Part shown: one piece after another, positions 45,353 to 54,932 of the stretch | How the letters are laid out: each line of letters begins with the position of its first letter | Numbering within the stretch: position 1 is the stretch's first letter | Assembly: GCA_964035575.1 (NCBI GenBank) | Contig: OZ037841.1 | Span: 992,001-1,056,000, forward strand | From: Rhynchopus sp. YZ270_cl-10 | Taxonomy: Eukaryota | DNA: 64,000 bases | Direction: 5' to 3' | Position numbers and translations under genes: made by a program | The notes under the pieces: generated by a model | Told to the model about the DNA's origin: nothing | Seen by the model: the letters and a program-made list of their open reading frames with translations, nothing else | Database searches by the model: none

Positions 45353-46309
45353 ATGGATTTGACTATTGAGTGGAACGGAGTGAAGCATGCGGTCGAGCTG
45401 GGTGAGGATGACACACCTGCGGTGATGCGTCGGAAGGTCGCGTCTGCAGTGGGGTTGCCTGAAGACGGCTTTGCGATGAATTTCGGAGGGGAGCTGATGG
45501 GCGACAGATGCGATATGACGCAGCTGAGTGCTGGGGACGAGGTTGTTTTGACGAGGGTGAAGAAGTTCGAGGCCAGAGCAGCACTTCATGCGTTGGGTGA
45601 GACCGACATCACGACAGAGAGGCTGAGGAGTGTGCGGGATCCCGAGGTGGCGTGTTTGTTTCTGCAGGCGGATGTTGTGACGGTGATTCCTGATTTCTTC
45701 TTGTGGAACACATCGTTGGCGAGTCTTGATCTGAGTGCCGAGTCTGTTGTGACTCAAATTGGCCACAACTTTCTTCACAGCTGTCGATCATTGACAAGCA
45801 TCGACCTCTCTGGGTGGATCCACGTTACACAACTTGGAATGAGATTCCTTTCTGGATGCATTTCTTTGCCCTCACTGGACTTGACAGCGCTGAGCCGTGT
45901 TACAGAAATTGAGCGTGGCTTCCTTGAAGGATGCACGGCTTTGTGTTCACTGGACTTAACACCACTTATCAGTGTTACACAACTTAGGTACGGCTTCCTT
46001 GAAGGATGCACTGCCTTGTGTTCACTGGAATTACCACCAATAAACAGTGTCACCCAAATTGGGTACAACTTCATTCGTGGGTGCAGTGCTTTGCGTACAC
46101 TGGACTTATCACCATTGCGCAATGTCACACACGTTGGTAATTTCTTTCTTTCTCGATGCACTTCGTTGAAGAGCATCTATCTCTCCGGCTGCAGCGAGGT
46201 TGTGTCAAAGAAATTGACGAAAAAGCTGAAAACGTTTGTGGTTGAATCCCGTCCGAAACGCAGCAGAGACGAACCACCGGAAGAATCCCGCAAGCGACAG
46301 AGGCACTAA
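45353..46309 (+). CDS. Ubiquitin-like domain + leucine-rich repeat protein
   Basis: N-terminal UBL-like ~70 aa, then ~25-aa LRRs (VTQIGxxFLxGCxxLxSLDLxPL) and a basic NLS-like tail. Confidence 0.85.
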   Translation: MDLTIEWNGVKHAVELGEDDTPAVMRRKVASAVGLPEDGFAMNFGGELMGDRCDMTQLSAGDEVVLTRVKKFEARAALHALGETDITTERLRSVRDPEVACLFLQADVVTVIPDFFLWNTSLASLDLSAESVVTQIGHNFLHSCRSLTSIDLSGWIHVTQLGMRFLSGCISLPSLDLTALSRVTEIERGFLEGCTALCSLDLTPLISVTQLRYGFLEGCTALCSLELPPINSVTQIGYNFIRGCSALRTLDLSPLRNVTHVGNFFLSRCTSLKSIYLSGCSEVVSKKLTKKLKTFVVESRPKRSRDEPPEESRKRQRH

Positions 46310-47533
46310 GAGCGACGCCGTTGACGCCGCCAGCTGCGCACTGAGACCTCGAAGCTGCACGACTTCACGCCCTCACAGTCCACTCCTCGCGCAAGTATTG
46401 CGGGCAACAGCTGGAACGCTGCAGCGGCTGCGGACAGGAGTGTCTTATGCGACGGCGACCAGGCGGCTGGCCATCATGTTACGAGAGGGCTGACAACATG
46501 AAACAATAAACTCGCGTTTTCTTTTATCGAACAGATTTTATTCTCCGCACCGCAAAACATAAGCAACATTGTGGTTCCTCTTTAGGTAGAGTTCGTGTGG
46601 TCTCTTGTTGGATAGAGTACTAGATGCTCAAATGCCTTTTTTTTTTGTGTGTTTTCTCTGTGCTGTTCGCACTCTTTTTTAGCTCTCCTCGTTACATGGA
46701 TACAATGTTTTTCTTCGTTCAATTTGGTTGCTTCGTTACATTGAACACAAATGAGTTTGTACTTATGGGTCCTTCGTAGGTGGAGGTCTTGTGGTCTCCT
46801 GTTGGATAGAGTAGAGTACCTGGCTCGTGTGTTTTTCTTGTTTCTTATGATCTCTGCTGCGCTCGGCGTGGCGCTCTTCTGATACCTCCCTATTGGGGCG
46901 TGCATGCATGCTTCTTTTGCTCTCTGCACACAGCCATCCGTCGGCTTGTAGCTCTTCTTACGCTTCTCTTGTCTTTGTCATAAATCAGAATACTACGCAA
47001 AACGTCTAACCTTCCAAAACCTCTGCTATTTGTTAGCATTCTTCCCCTAGGTTTCGCGAAAAAAAAACTAAGGGAAGAATGCCCCATGTATTGGAAACAA
47101 GACGACAAACACAGGTGCAGGGTGGTTCCGTTCCTGATACCTTGTGTTTCTCCCAAAAAACGAAAAGCGTTGTGTATGAAGTTTTGAATGAAAAATAAAA
47201 TTTGCATTTTGGAGTCCATATTTTCCCCCCCTTTTTCCTTTTTTCCCTTTGGCTTTGTGCGCCGTCTTATTGGCTTGAATGAGTCATTCGCTTATCCTGA
47301 AGCTGTGTTTGCAGCGTCCACAAGCAGAGCGCCTTACCCCCTTCATCCTCACAGCGGCAACATCGGAGGTAACACACAGATTGCTACTGAATCACCACCT
47401 CCCGCAAAACCGGGTATCTGCGACCCCCGACACACGGTCAACCCTCATGACCGACACCATACCCCATACCCCATACACCCCACCTTTCACCCTCCACAGC
47501 ATTTCCCCCCCAAAACACCTCTGATACTCTCAT

Positions 47534-50446
47534 ATGGCCTCCTCCGGTCGCGTTCGTGTCTTGGTACGTGCTCGCCCTACATTACCTAGGGAGGTCCAAG
47601 ACGGTGCTGTTGTGACCTGCATCGGGGTCGATTCTGCTGCAGGCAAGGTATACCTCCACCGCGGGGAGGGAAATGTCATTGTGGATGACGGGGTGGCTGA
47701 TACGGCCACAGCCACCACTTCCGGACCACTCCCAGAGTTTCGCTTCCACAAAGCCCTCAGGGGCGACTGCACCGAACATGATGTATATGATGGAGCCGTA
47801 GAGAGTGCTGTTCAGTCCTTCCGTTCTGGATACAATACTACGATCTTCGCGTATGGTCAATCCGGGTCTGGCAAGACGCATACTATTACGCATTTAACGA
47901 AGTTCATTTTGAAGGATATTTGCGAGGATGATGACGCAGATTTAAGCATCTCAGTGTTCCAAATATATCAAGAGGTGTTAACAGATTTGACACAGCAAGG
48001 TACACCGAAGGTAGTGTTGAAAGGTAATGGCGATGGGGTGGTGGTAGAGGGGGCGGAGCAGGTGGAGTTTAGTAGTGCGAAGGGTGCGTCTGATGTGATA
48101 CGCAAAGCAATGACACGGCGTGCAGTAGGGGCAACAGATTTGAATGATGTGAGCAGCCGTTCTCATCTTATTATTCAAATTTGTTGCAATGGTGCGAAGT
48201 TGAATCTGGTAGACCTTGCAGGGAGTGAGCGGGTTAAACAATCTAATGCAAGTGGTCTCCGCTTAGATGAGGCGAAGGCAATCAACTCATCGCTCTTTGC
48301 TTTAATCAACGTTGTACGTTCCCTTGCAGAACCCTCCAGGCAATCCCAAATCATTCCGTATCGTGACTCAAAATTGACGTATCTCCTGAAAGACAGCTTA
48401 GGAGGCGACTGTGTGACAGTTCTCATCGCAACCATTAGCCCTTCTCAGGAGTCTTCCAGCGAAACCCATGGTACCCTAAAATTCGCGACAGCATGCGGTG
48501 CGATTGTAAACACCCCTTTGCGTAGAGAGCCGCCGAAGAAAGAAAAAAAAGCGCCTCCCCCTCCAAAGCTTATTGCACCGTGGAAAGGGGTCGTCACGAA
48601 GACCTCCCGCAGTACCGTTTCAACAAAAAGCGGGAAGGTCAGTCTCCTCCACCCATCAAATCCACGCAAGGACGAATCTGTCATCTTCCTTCTCCATGGC
48701 TGCCCCTCTGAAGGGGCGTCCTTCATAGAGTGGTTTCCGGTACTGCAGTATTGTGGGCTGTTTCCTGTGGCAATCGATATGCCAGGGTTTGGAGAGTCAT
48801 CAGGAGAACCTCATAGGTCACGTAGCGAGTATAATTTGGATGCAGGAGGTCCAGTAGAAGTGTTGCTCTGTGTGATGAAGAGTCTTTCGGTGAAAACGGC
48901 GCATCTCATGGGGTATGATTGGGGTGCGGGGATTGCGTTGTCTGCAGCGTTGGCGCATCCATTACGGTTCAAGTCAGTTATTTCTATTATGCCATCTTTT
49001 GCAGAGCAAAAACCAGCAGAGCTCTCCCGCCTTCGCCCCACAACGCTTATTCTTTGGGTAGAAACCGACCAATTCCACCCCTGGAAAAAATGGCGCTCCT
49101 TAGCGAAAAGCATCCCCGGAGGGACTGTCTACACTACAAAAAAGAATGGGGGTTTTGTGACGTCCTTTGCCTCGGAGGTTTGCAAATTTGTGACCGGGAG
49201 TTCTCCGTTGGAGAGAACTGCGGAGGTGGGGTCTGCTCAGGTTACGAAGGGGAAAACTACTAAAGGAGAGGACATAAAGGTGGTGAATAGGGTTATATTG
49301 AAGACAGATGTAGGGAGCACCGTTGCAACCGAAATGGCGAAGCAAAACAGCGCGGATGGTGCCACTGCAGACGTCACCGCCGTATCCGCCTTCACCTCCT
49401 GGTATACCAGTCTGTCTTCCTCCGAGGTGTCGGATATCTTCAAACACTGTGCACTCACCGCAACCCCATCCTCTCGCACTGCGCTCAAACTCTTTTCTTC
49501 CCTCCCCACCCTCTCCCCAGAGAGCGTTGGAGACGGTACAGCACTATGTGCTTTAGGCATTTGGACCGCTCCGGCGAATAGAGATGTCCTCGAGGCGTCC
49601 CCTCGGTATTTCCCTGGACGGTCGGTGCTGGCCCCGGTGTCGTCGCTGTGTGTGGACCATAGTAAGAGAAATTATATGAAGGTGATAAAAGGAGGGAACC
49701 GGAAGGCCTATGTGACGCACCATGCGAGGATCCGCTCTGTGCTGCCCGAGGTGTATCAGATTGAGGTGGAAGCAGACAATGGGGTGGTGGTGGTGGAGGT
49801 GGCGCACCGTGCAGTTCATCTGTTGAACCAACCACACATCTTTGCGCAGAAGAACGGGAAATACCTCTTCGAAGACGGTCTACGCGGTGCATATGAGAGC
49901 TCCGTGGTTCGCGGAAAACTCTTTGAAATTGCATTGCTTTTGGCTCCTACTATTGCAAAAATTGACTTTGCCTCGGACACATGCTCCACACAACAACGGA
50001 AATGCATCACTATTATCCGAAATGCGTTAAACTGCACCACCTTTGCCGGAGGGGTGGACCGGGACAGAATAGGGCGTACAGATGACATAGGACGTCTCGC
50101 CTGCTTCGGGCAGGTGCAGTGCCACGGAGGGTCGTCGTTGTTGGCGTTCTTTTTGCTTCCGTTTGCGACCGCATTGGGGTTGGATCTAAAGTACCGTGGT
50201 GGGTATACCTTCGGCCCAGGGCATGACGGAGGTACAGAGATATCAGACACCGTGGAGGCGCATCAATGGTTGGAGGTGACCCTGCGTCCGTCGTGTGAGT
50301 CGGTGGTGGCAGACTTCTTTCTTAATATGATTGCAGTGCCGACGTCAGACGCATATCAGAACATGATGTACCCGAATGGCCGCCACATCATACAGACCAC
50401 AGCAGCCCCGCTGTGCGACACTGATGTAGGCAGTATGGAGTTCTGA
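47534..50446 (+). CDS. Kinesin motor fused to an alpha/beta-hydrolase and a C-terminal transglutaminase-like domain
   Basis: Motor: GQSGSGKT, NDVSSRSH, DLAGSE, IPYRDSKLTYLLKDSLGG. Hydrolase: LHGCP, DMPGFGES, GYDWGAG. C-terminal: QVQCHG...HQWLEV...VADF. Confidence 0.85.
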   Translation: MASSGRVRVLVRARPTLPREVQDGAVVTCIGVDSAAGKVYLHRGEGNVIVDDGVADTATATTSGPLPEFRFHKALRGDCTEHDVYDGAVESAVQSFRSGYNTTIFAYGQSGSGKTHTITHLTKFILKDICEDDDADLSISVFQIYQEVLTDLTQQGTPKVVLKGNGDGVVVEGAEQVEFSSAKGASDVIRKAMTRRAVGATDLNDVSSRSHLIIQICCNGAKLNLVDLAGSERVKQSNASGLRLDEAKAINSSLFALINVVRSLAEPSRQSQIIPYRDSKLTYLLKDSLGGDCVTVLIATISPSQESSSETHGTLKFATACGAIVNTPLRREPPKKEKKAPPPPKLIAPWKGVVTKTSRSTVSTKSGKVSLLHPSNPRKDESVIFLLHGCPSEGASFIEWFPVLQYCGLFPVAIDMPGFGESSGEPHRSRSEYNLDAGGPVEVLLCVMKSLSVKTAHLMGYDWGAGIALSAALAHPLRFKSVISIMPSFAEQKPAELSRLRPTTLILWVETDQFHPWKKWRSLAKSIPGGTVYTTKKNGGFVTSFASEVCKFVTGSSPLERTAEVGSAQVTKGKTTKGEDIKVVNRVILKTDVGSTVATEMAKQNSADGATADVTAVSAFTSWYTSLSSSEVSDIFKHCALTATPSSRTALKLFSSLPTLSPESVGDGTALCALGIWTAPANRDVLEASPRYFPGRSVLAPVSSLCVDHSKRNYMKVIKGGNRKAYVTHHARIRSVLPEVYQIEVEADNGVVVVEVAHRAVHLLNQPHIFAQKNGKYLFEDGLRGAYESSVVRGKLFEIALLLAPTIAKIDFASDTCSTQQRKCITIIRNALNCTTFAGGVDRDRIGRTDDIGRLACFGQVQCHGGSSLLAFFLLPFATALGLDLKYRGGYTFGPGHDGGTEISDTVEAHQWLEVTLRPSCESVVADFFLNMIAVPTSDAYQNMMYPNGRHIIQTTAAPLCDTDVGSMEF

Positions 50447-51435
50447 GATGGGAGGAGGGTCCCACGGTGCATCGGTCATTGTACCAAAAGGTACACGGTT
50501 CATGAGAGGGCTTTTGTGTTTCAAGTCAACTTTGTTTCTTCACATTTCTGTTCATTCTTCCCGTGCCTTCGCTGCAGAGATGTATTTGTTCTTTTTGTTT
50601 TTTTCCCCTCAAGGTAACATACACGAGAGGCTTAGGTTCATCTTACAAACTTTTCTTCTTTTGCCCCTCATTCTCGCAGAAGATGCACTACACATCACAT
50701 TGCTAACTGTTTTTTTTTGTGTTGTTCCTGCGACATCTAGCTCTTTCTGCAAGCCCACCTTCCGTCAAGTCACGAAAAACATAAAATTGCCCTTGTGTTG
50801 ATCCAATCCGTTTCAAAGAGATCTGTGAAATGTTAACCACGAAAATGGATTGTATGACTGCATGGTTGGGGGGGTACCCAACGGTGCACCTCTCTCATTT
50901 ACCAAAGGTACACTGTTCACGAGAGTGCTTTTGTCAAGTCAACTTTGTGATAATCCAATCAAAAGAGACGTGTCAGTAGTGATCCATTTTCGAAACATTT
51001 CCTTGCACCCTGCCCACGGTGTGTCAGTACCGTTATATGATACAGTCTTCCTTTCAAGGTATGACGATGCACAGAGGGCTTTGTATTTCAAATATTTCCC
51101 CTTTCCCCCCCTTTCGAGACTACTTCTCTGTTTCTATCCTACACGAGAACCCATACCAAGATCCCTTGCCCCCCTACCTTTCTTTTCTCTTCCTGTCAGC
51201 AAACTGTGCAACTATGCAACTTCATAACGATGTGTATGTGCATTAATCTAGCAGATGTCAGCCTCGAAATGGATTGGAGGACTGCATGGTTGGAGGGGCT
51301 ACCGAACGGCGTACTAATGGGGTTTTTGAATTTCAAGTGAAACTATCTTTCCCTAAACACCCCCTTCCCACCACCCTACCTCCACCAGAACATTTCTTCC
51401 CAACCCCTCTTTGCACTTCTTGAAGCTTCCCCACG

Positions 51436-53793
51436 ATGTTGCTTCTAGCAGTCCTAACTGAACTGCTCCAAGCTAGTGTGTGCGGCACCTTTCTTGCTGG
51501 AGGTGCGTGCCGGCCTGCAGAGTACGTCACATTGCTCAGCACAGCGACTGCTGAGGTGTGCGCTGCAGCGTGCGCATCGAAGGAGCAGAGTGGATGCTGC
51601 TGGCACAACCCGGCAGGGGAGGGATCCTGCCAGTTCGCTGTCGGTGCTATTGCGTATGAATACGGCGAGAAAGATGTCCGCAGTGCGTCCAACTGCACAG
51701 GAGGGGTGGAGGTCCCTCCCTCACCACAACAGCTGCACATCGCGTATGGCGTGTCGCCTGACCAAATCATGGTGCAGTGGGCCGTCCCCGTCCTTTTTGA
51801 GCACCACGCGACAGCCGCTCTCCGTTACGCCCCCGCAGGGACACCCCCAGCACAGTGGGTCGAAGTGCTGCCGTTTTATAACAGCAGTGGGCCTGGGTCG
51901 TATACGCAGTACCGTGTGTTGTTGAAGAATTTGACTGCAGGAGGGAAGTACGAGTACAGTGTGGGGTGGAGGGGTGGGGAGCAGGTGGCGTCGAAGTTTG
52001 TTGTGCGGAGGGACGATTTGTCGTATGCACCGAGGATCGCGATGTTTGCTGATTTAGGGTGGACAGACAACCAGGTTCTTCCAATGCTGCGTGAAGAGAG
52101 TGAGGCTGGCTCGATTGATGCGATTGTGATGTTTGGCGACTACGTGTATTGGGACAACGGGGAGAACGAGAATGCGTTCATGCGTGATGTGATGCGGTGG
52201 AGTGGAAACGGGTCCATCCCGGTCATGACAACACCAGGAAACGGAGACTACGACGGTGGTGACTACACCAGATACCGTGCACAGTTCGGGATGCCCAACT
52301 GGGAGAACACAATGTCCCTCTACCACTCCTTTGACATCGGTCGTGCACACATCTCTGGTATCGACACTGAGCTGATCGAACATCCCGAACACGCAGACCA
52401 ACGTGCTGCTATGCTTGCCTGGTTTGAAGACGACATGAAGAAAGCGAACGCAAACCGCGCACAAGTCCCTTGGATTGTTGTCCACTTCCACAGACCTGCC
52501 TACACCACAGGAGGTGCAGACGCCGTGCCGTACCAAATCTTCGAGCCCTTGATGTACAAGTACGGTGTCGACCTGGTCTTCTCTGGTCACGTCCACAACC
52601 AAGAACGGAGTCTCCCTGTCTACAACAAAACAGTTCACGCAGGCCCTGACCCAGCCCATCCATACAACAACGCAAAGGCACCGGTGTACATCACATGCGG
52701 CAACCCAGGAAACGCTGAGGAGCATGACCCCTTCTACTACGCATTCGCGTCGTGGACAGCATGGCGGTCTTATCACTTTGGGTACTCCCATATGACCGTG
52801 CACAATGCCTCGGTTCTGAGCATCGACTTTGTGTCGACGGGTCTGGGTGGCACAACTGACAGCTTCGCGATCACGAAAACGCAAACCTGCAACTTTGGAG
52901 AACTTTGCACTGAAGGAGAGAAGCCGGATGTGCCAAAGGAGATTGTCCCGACCGCATCAACAGCAGCAGCGGTGGAGATGGAAGCAGTGTGGAAGGGAAG
53001 ACGTGGTGTGGCTGGGATGAACATCCCAGCAGCACAGCTTGCAGCCCTCAAGGAGCTGTACTCAGCAACAAACGGAGCTGGGTGGAACCGGAGTGAAAAC
53101 TGGATGAACGGAGGTGACCCTTGCAGCCCCAACGCACCTTGGCATGGTGTGACCTGCAACAACGTGACGGAGCGCACCCTGCCGAACCTTGCTGTGTCCT
53201 ACGGCGTCACATGCATCGCACTGTCAGCAAACAACCTCCAAGGACAGATCCCAACCACCCTCGGCACGGCGCTGTCCGAAACACTCCAATCGCTGGATTT
53301 AGCAAGCAACCTGCTGACCGGAGCCATCCCGCCCAACCTCCTTCGCGGCATGAAGGTGTTGCACACTTTGCAAATCGAGCCCAAGACAGACGGCACAGAA
53401 TACCGCCTCACCGGCGAGCTGCCTGAGGACATGGGGCTGTCGACGGGGCTGCCCAATCTCCGTTTCCTGATGCTCAGCCGAAACGCTATTTCCGGATCGC
53501 TTCCGGAGTCGTGGAGTAAGTTCTCATGCCACGAACGGTTCGCGTCGGGCAACCCCCACGTCGAAGATCCGACCCTCGGAGGGGAGGTTGGCTGCCTCCT
53601 TTGGGTGATGAGCAACAACCTCACTGGGTCCGTGCCTGAAGTCTTCTGCGACAGGACGTACGAGAATATGTACCTCAACGGCAACGAAGGGATGGCCTGC
53701 CCGAACAACGCAGCACCCTGCTTTGGGCATGGATATGTGGACTTTCCCTCAAAATGTGCAGACACCTGCACGCCCTGTAAGAAGGAGGGATGA
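51436..53793 (+). CDS. Secreted purple acid phosphatase fused to plant-type LRRs, copy 1
   Basis: Signal peptide, FN3-like PAP N-domain, motifs ADLG, GDYVY, GNGD, VHFH and GHVH, then an LRR N-cap (WHGVTC) and LxxNxLxGxIP repeats. Confidence 0.9.
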   Translation: MLLLAVLTELLQASVCGTFLAGGACRPAEYVTLLSTATAEVCAAACASKEQSGCCWHNPAGEGSCQFAVGAIAYEYGEKDVRSASNCTGGVEVPPSPQQLHIAYGVSPDQIMVQWAVPVLFEHHATAALRYAPAGTPPAQWVEVLPFYNSSGPGSYTQYRVLLKNLTAGGKYEYSVGWRGGEQVASKFVVRRDDLSYAPRIAMFADLGWTDNQVLPMLREESEAGSIDAIVMFGDYVYWDNGENENAFMRDVMRWSGNGSIPVMTTPGNGDYDGGDYTRYRAQFGMPNWENTMSLYHSFDIGRAHISGIDTELIEHPEHADQRAAMLAWFEDDMKKANANRAQVPWIVVHFHRPAYTTGGADAVPYQIFEPLMYKYGVDLVFSGHVHNQERSLPVYNKTVHAGPDPAHPYNNAKAPVYITCGNPGNAEEHDPFYYAFASWTAWRSYHFGYSHMTVHNASVLSIDFVSTGLGGTTDSFAITKTQTCNFGELCTEGEKPDVPKEIVPTASTAAAVEMEAVWKGRRGVAGMNIPAAQLAALKELYSATNGAGWNRSENWMNGGDPCSPNAPWHGVTCNNVTERTLPNLAVSYGVTCIALSANNLQGQIPTTLGTALSETLQSLDLASNLLTGAIPPNLLRGMKVLHTLQIEPKTDGTEYRLTGELPEDMGLSTGLPNLRFLMLSRNAISGSLPESWSKFSCHERFASGNPHVEDPTLGGEVGCLLWVMSNNLTGSVPEVFCDRTYENMYLNGNEGMACPNNAAPCFGHGYVDFPSKCADTCTPCKKEG

Positions 53794-54932
53794 AGAAAAA
53801 CCAAGAACACCCAAAACAAAGAATGTTTTTTTTTAAAAAGAGGAAATAGAATCGATGGAAGGTGTGTTGCCTGCGAATTTGTTATACAGTCATACATCGG
53901 GTTTACATCAAATGATAACGTTGTAACGTTATATCATTTGATATAATGCCGGATGTGACAGTATTATTTTGTTTCTACGACAAACTCACACAACTTATAC
54001 AGCGGAAAAAACAAAAGCAAATTTGCGGAACAACGAAGAAAATGCCTTTTTCTTTTATTTTTGTTCACTTTGCATATCCTGAAGTCGGATTCTATTTTTA
54101 GAATATACGTTAACCTTTCTGGCAAACTTCTGCCTATTGGTCGAAGGCTGCACTTTTGCAGTCTTCGAACTCACCCTCGAACTCGTCTTTTGTGGATGGG
54201 TGATTGTTGCTGCTACGATGGGGTGGAGTGGAGAAAAATCTCTTTAGTCTGCCGTCTCCATTTTCTTGGAGCTAAGTGTGCAGACATTTTCATCTGTCAA
54301 CCTTTTCTCTTTTCCACCTCTCAAAGAATCCTAATCACACAGTTTAGGATTTGCTTTTCTCACACTCTTTTCTCCCTTTTTTGTGATGTGTGTGCACCAG
54401 AGGTATATTACCTCATTTGCCCCAACCTTTTTATACCATTTGTCACCCTCTTGCACGATGTGTGCATTATTATGTGCTTTTGAATACTCAATTATGGGGG
54501 AATGTCCTGTAGCAGAACATTGCCCATATTGTTGTGTGTATGTGCGTGCGTGTGAGGCACATTGACCGTTTATTAGGTGACTAAACACGAGAGGCTTAGG
54601 TTCATCTTATAAACTGTTCTTTCTTTTCCCCCAGTGCGCTCTGTCTGCCAATTGTATGGTGTGAGGCGTTTTGCACTTTGCAACTTCCTCTTCAAGATGT
54701 GTGTGCACTAGAGGTGCATTTATCTTCCAAGTGTTCTTTTTAAAACGCCGCGTTGCATTTGGTGCACCGGTGCGCCGTTCATTTGTACCTAAGGTACACT
54801 GTTCACGAGTGCTTATTTTGAATTTTAAGTCAACTTATCTTACCCTAAACATCCCCCTTCCCACCACCTTACCTCCACCAGAAAACATTTCTTCTCCCAA
54901 CCCCTCTTTGCACTTCTTGAAGCTTCCCCACG

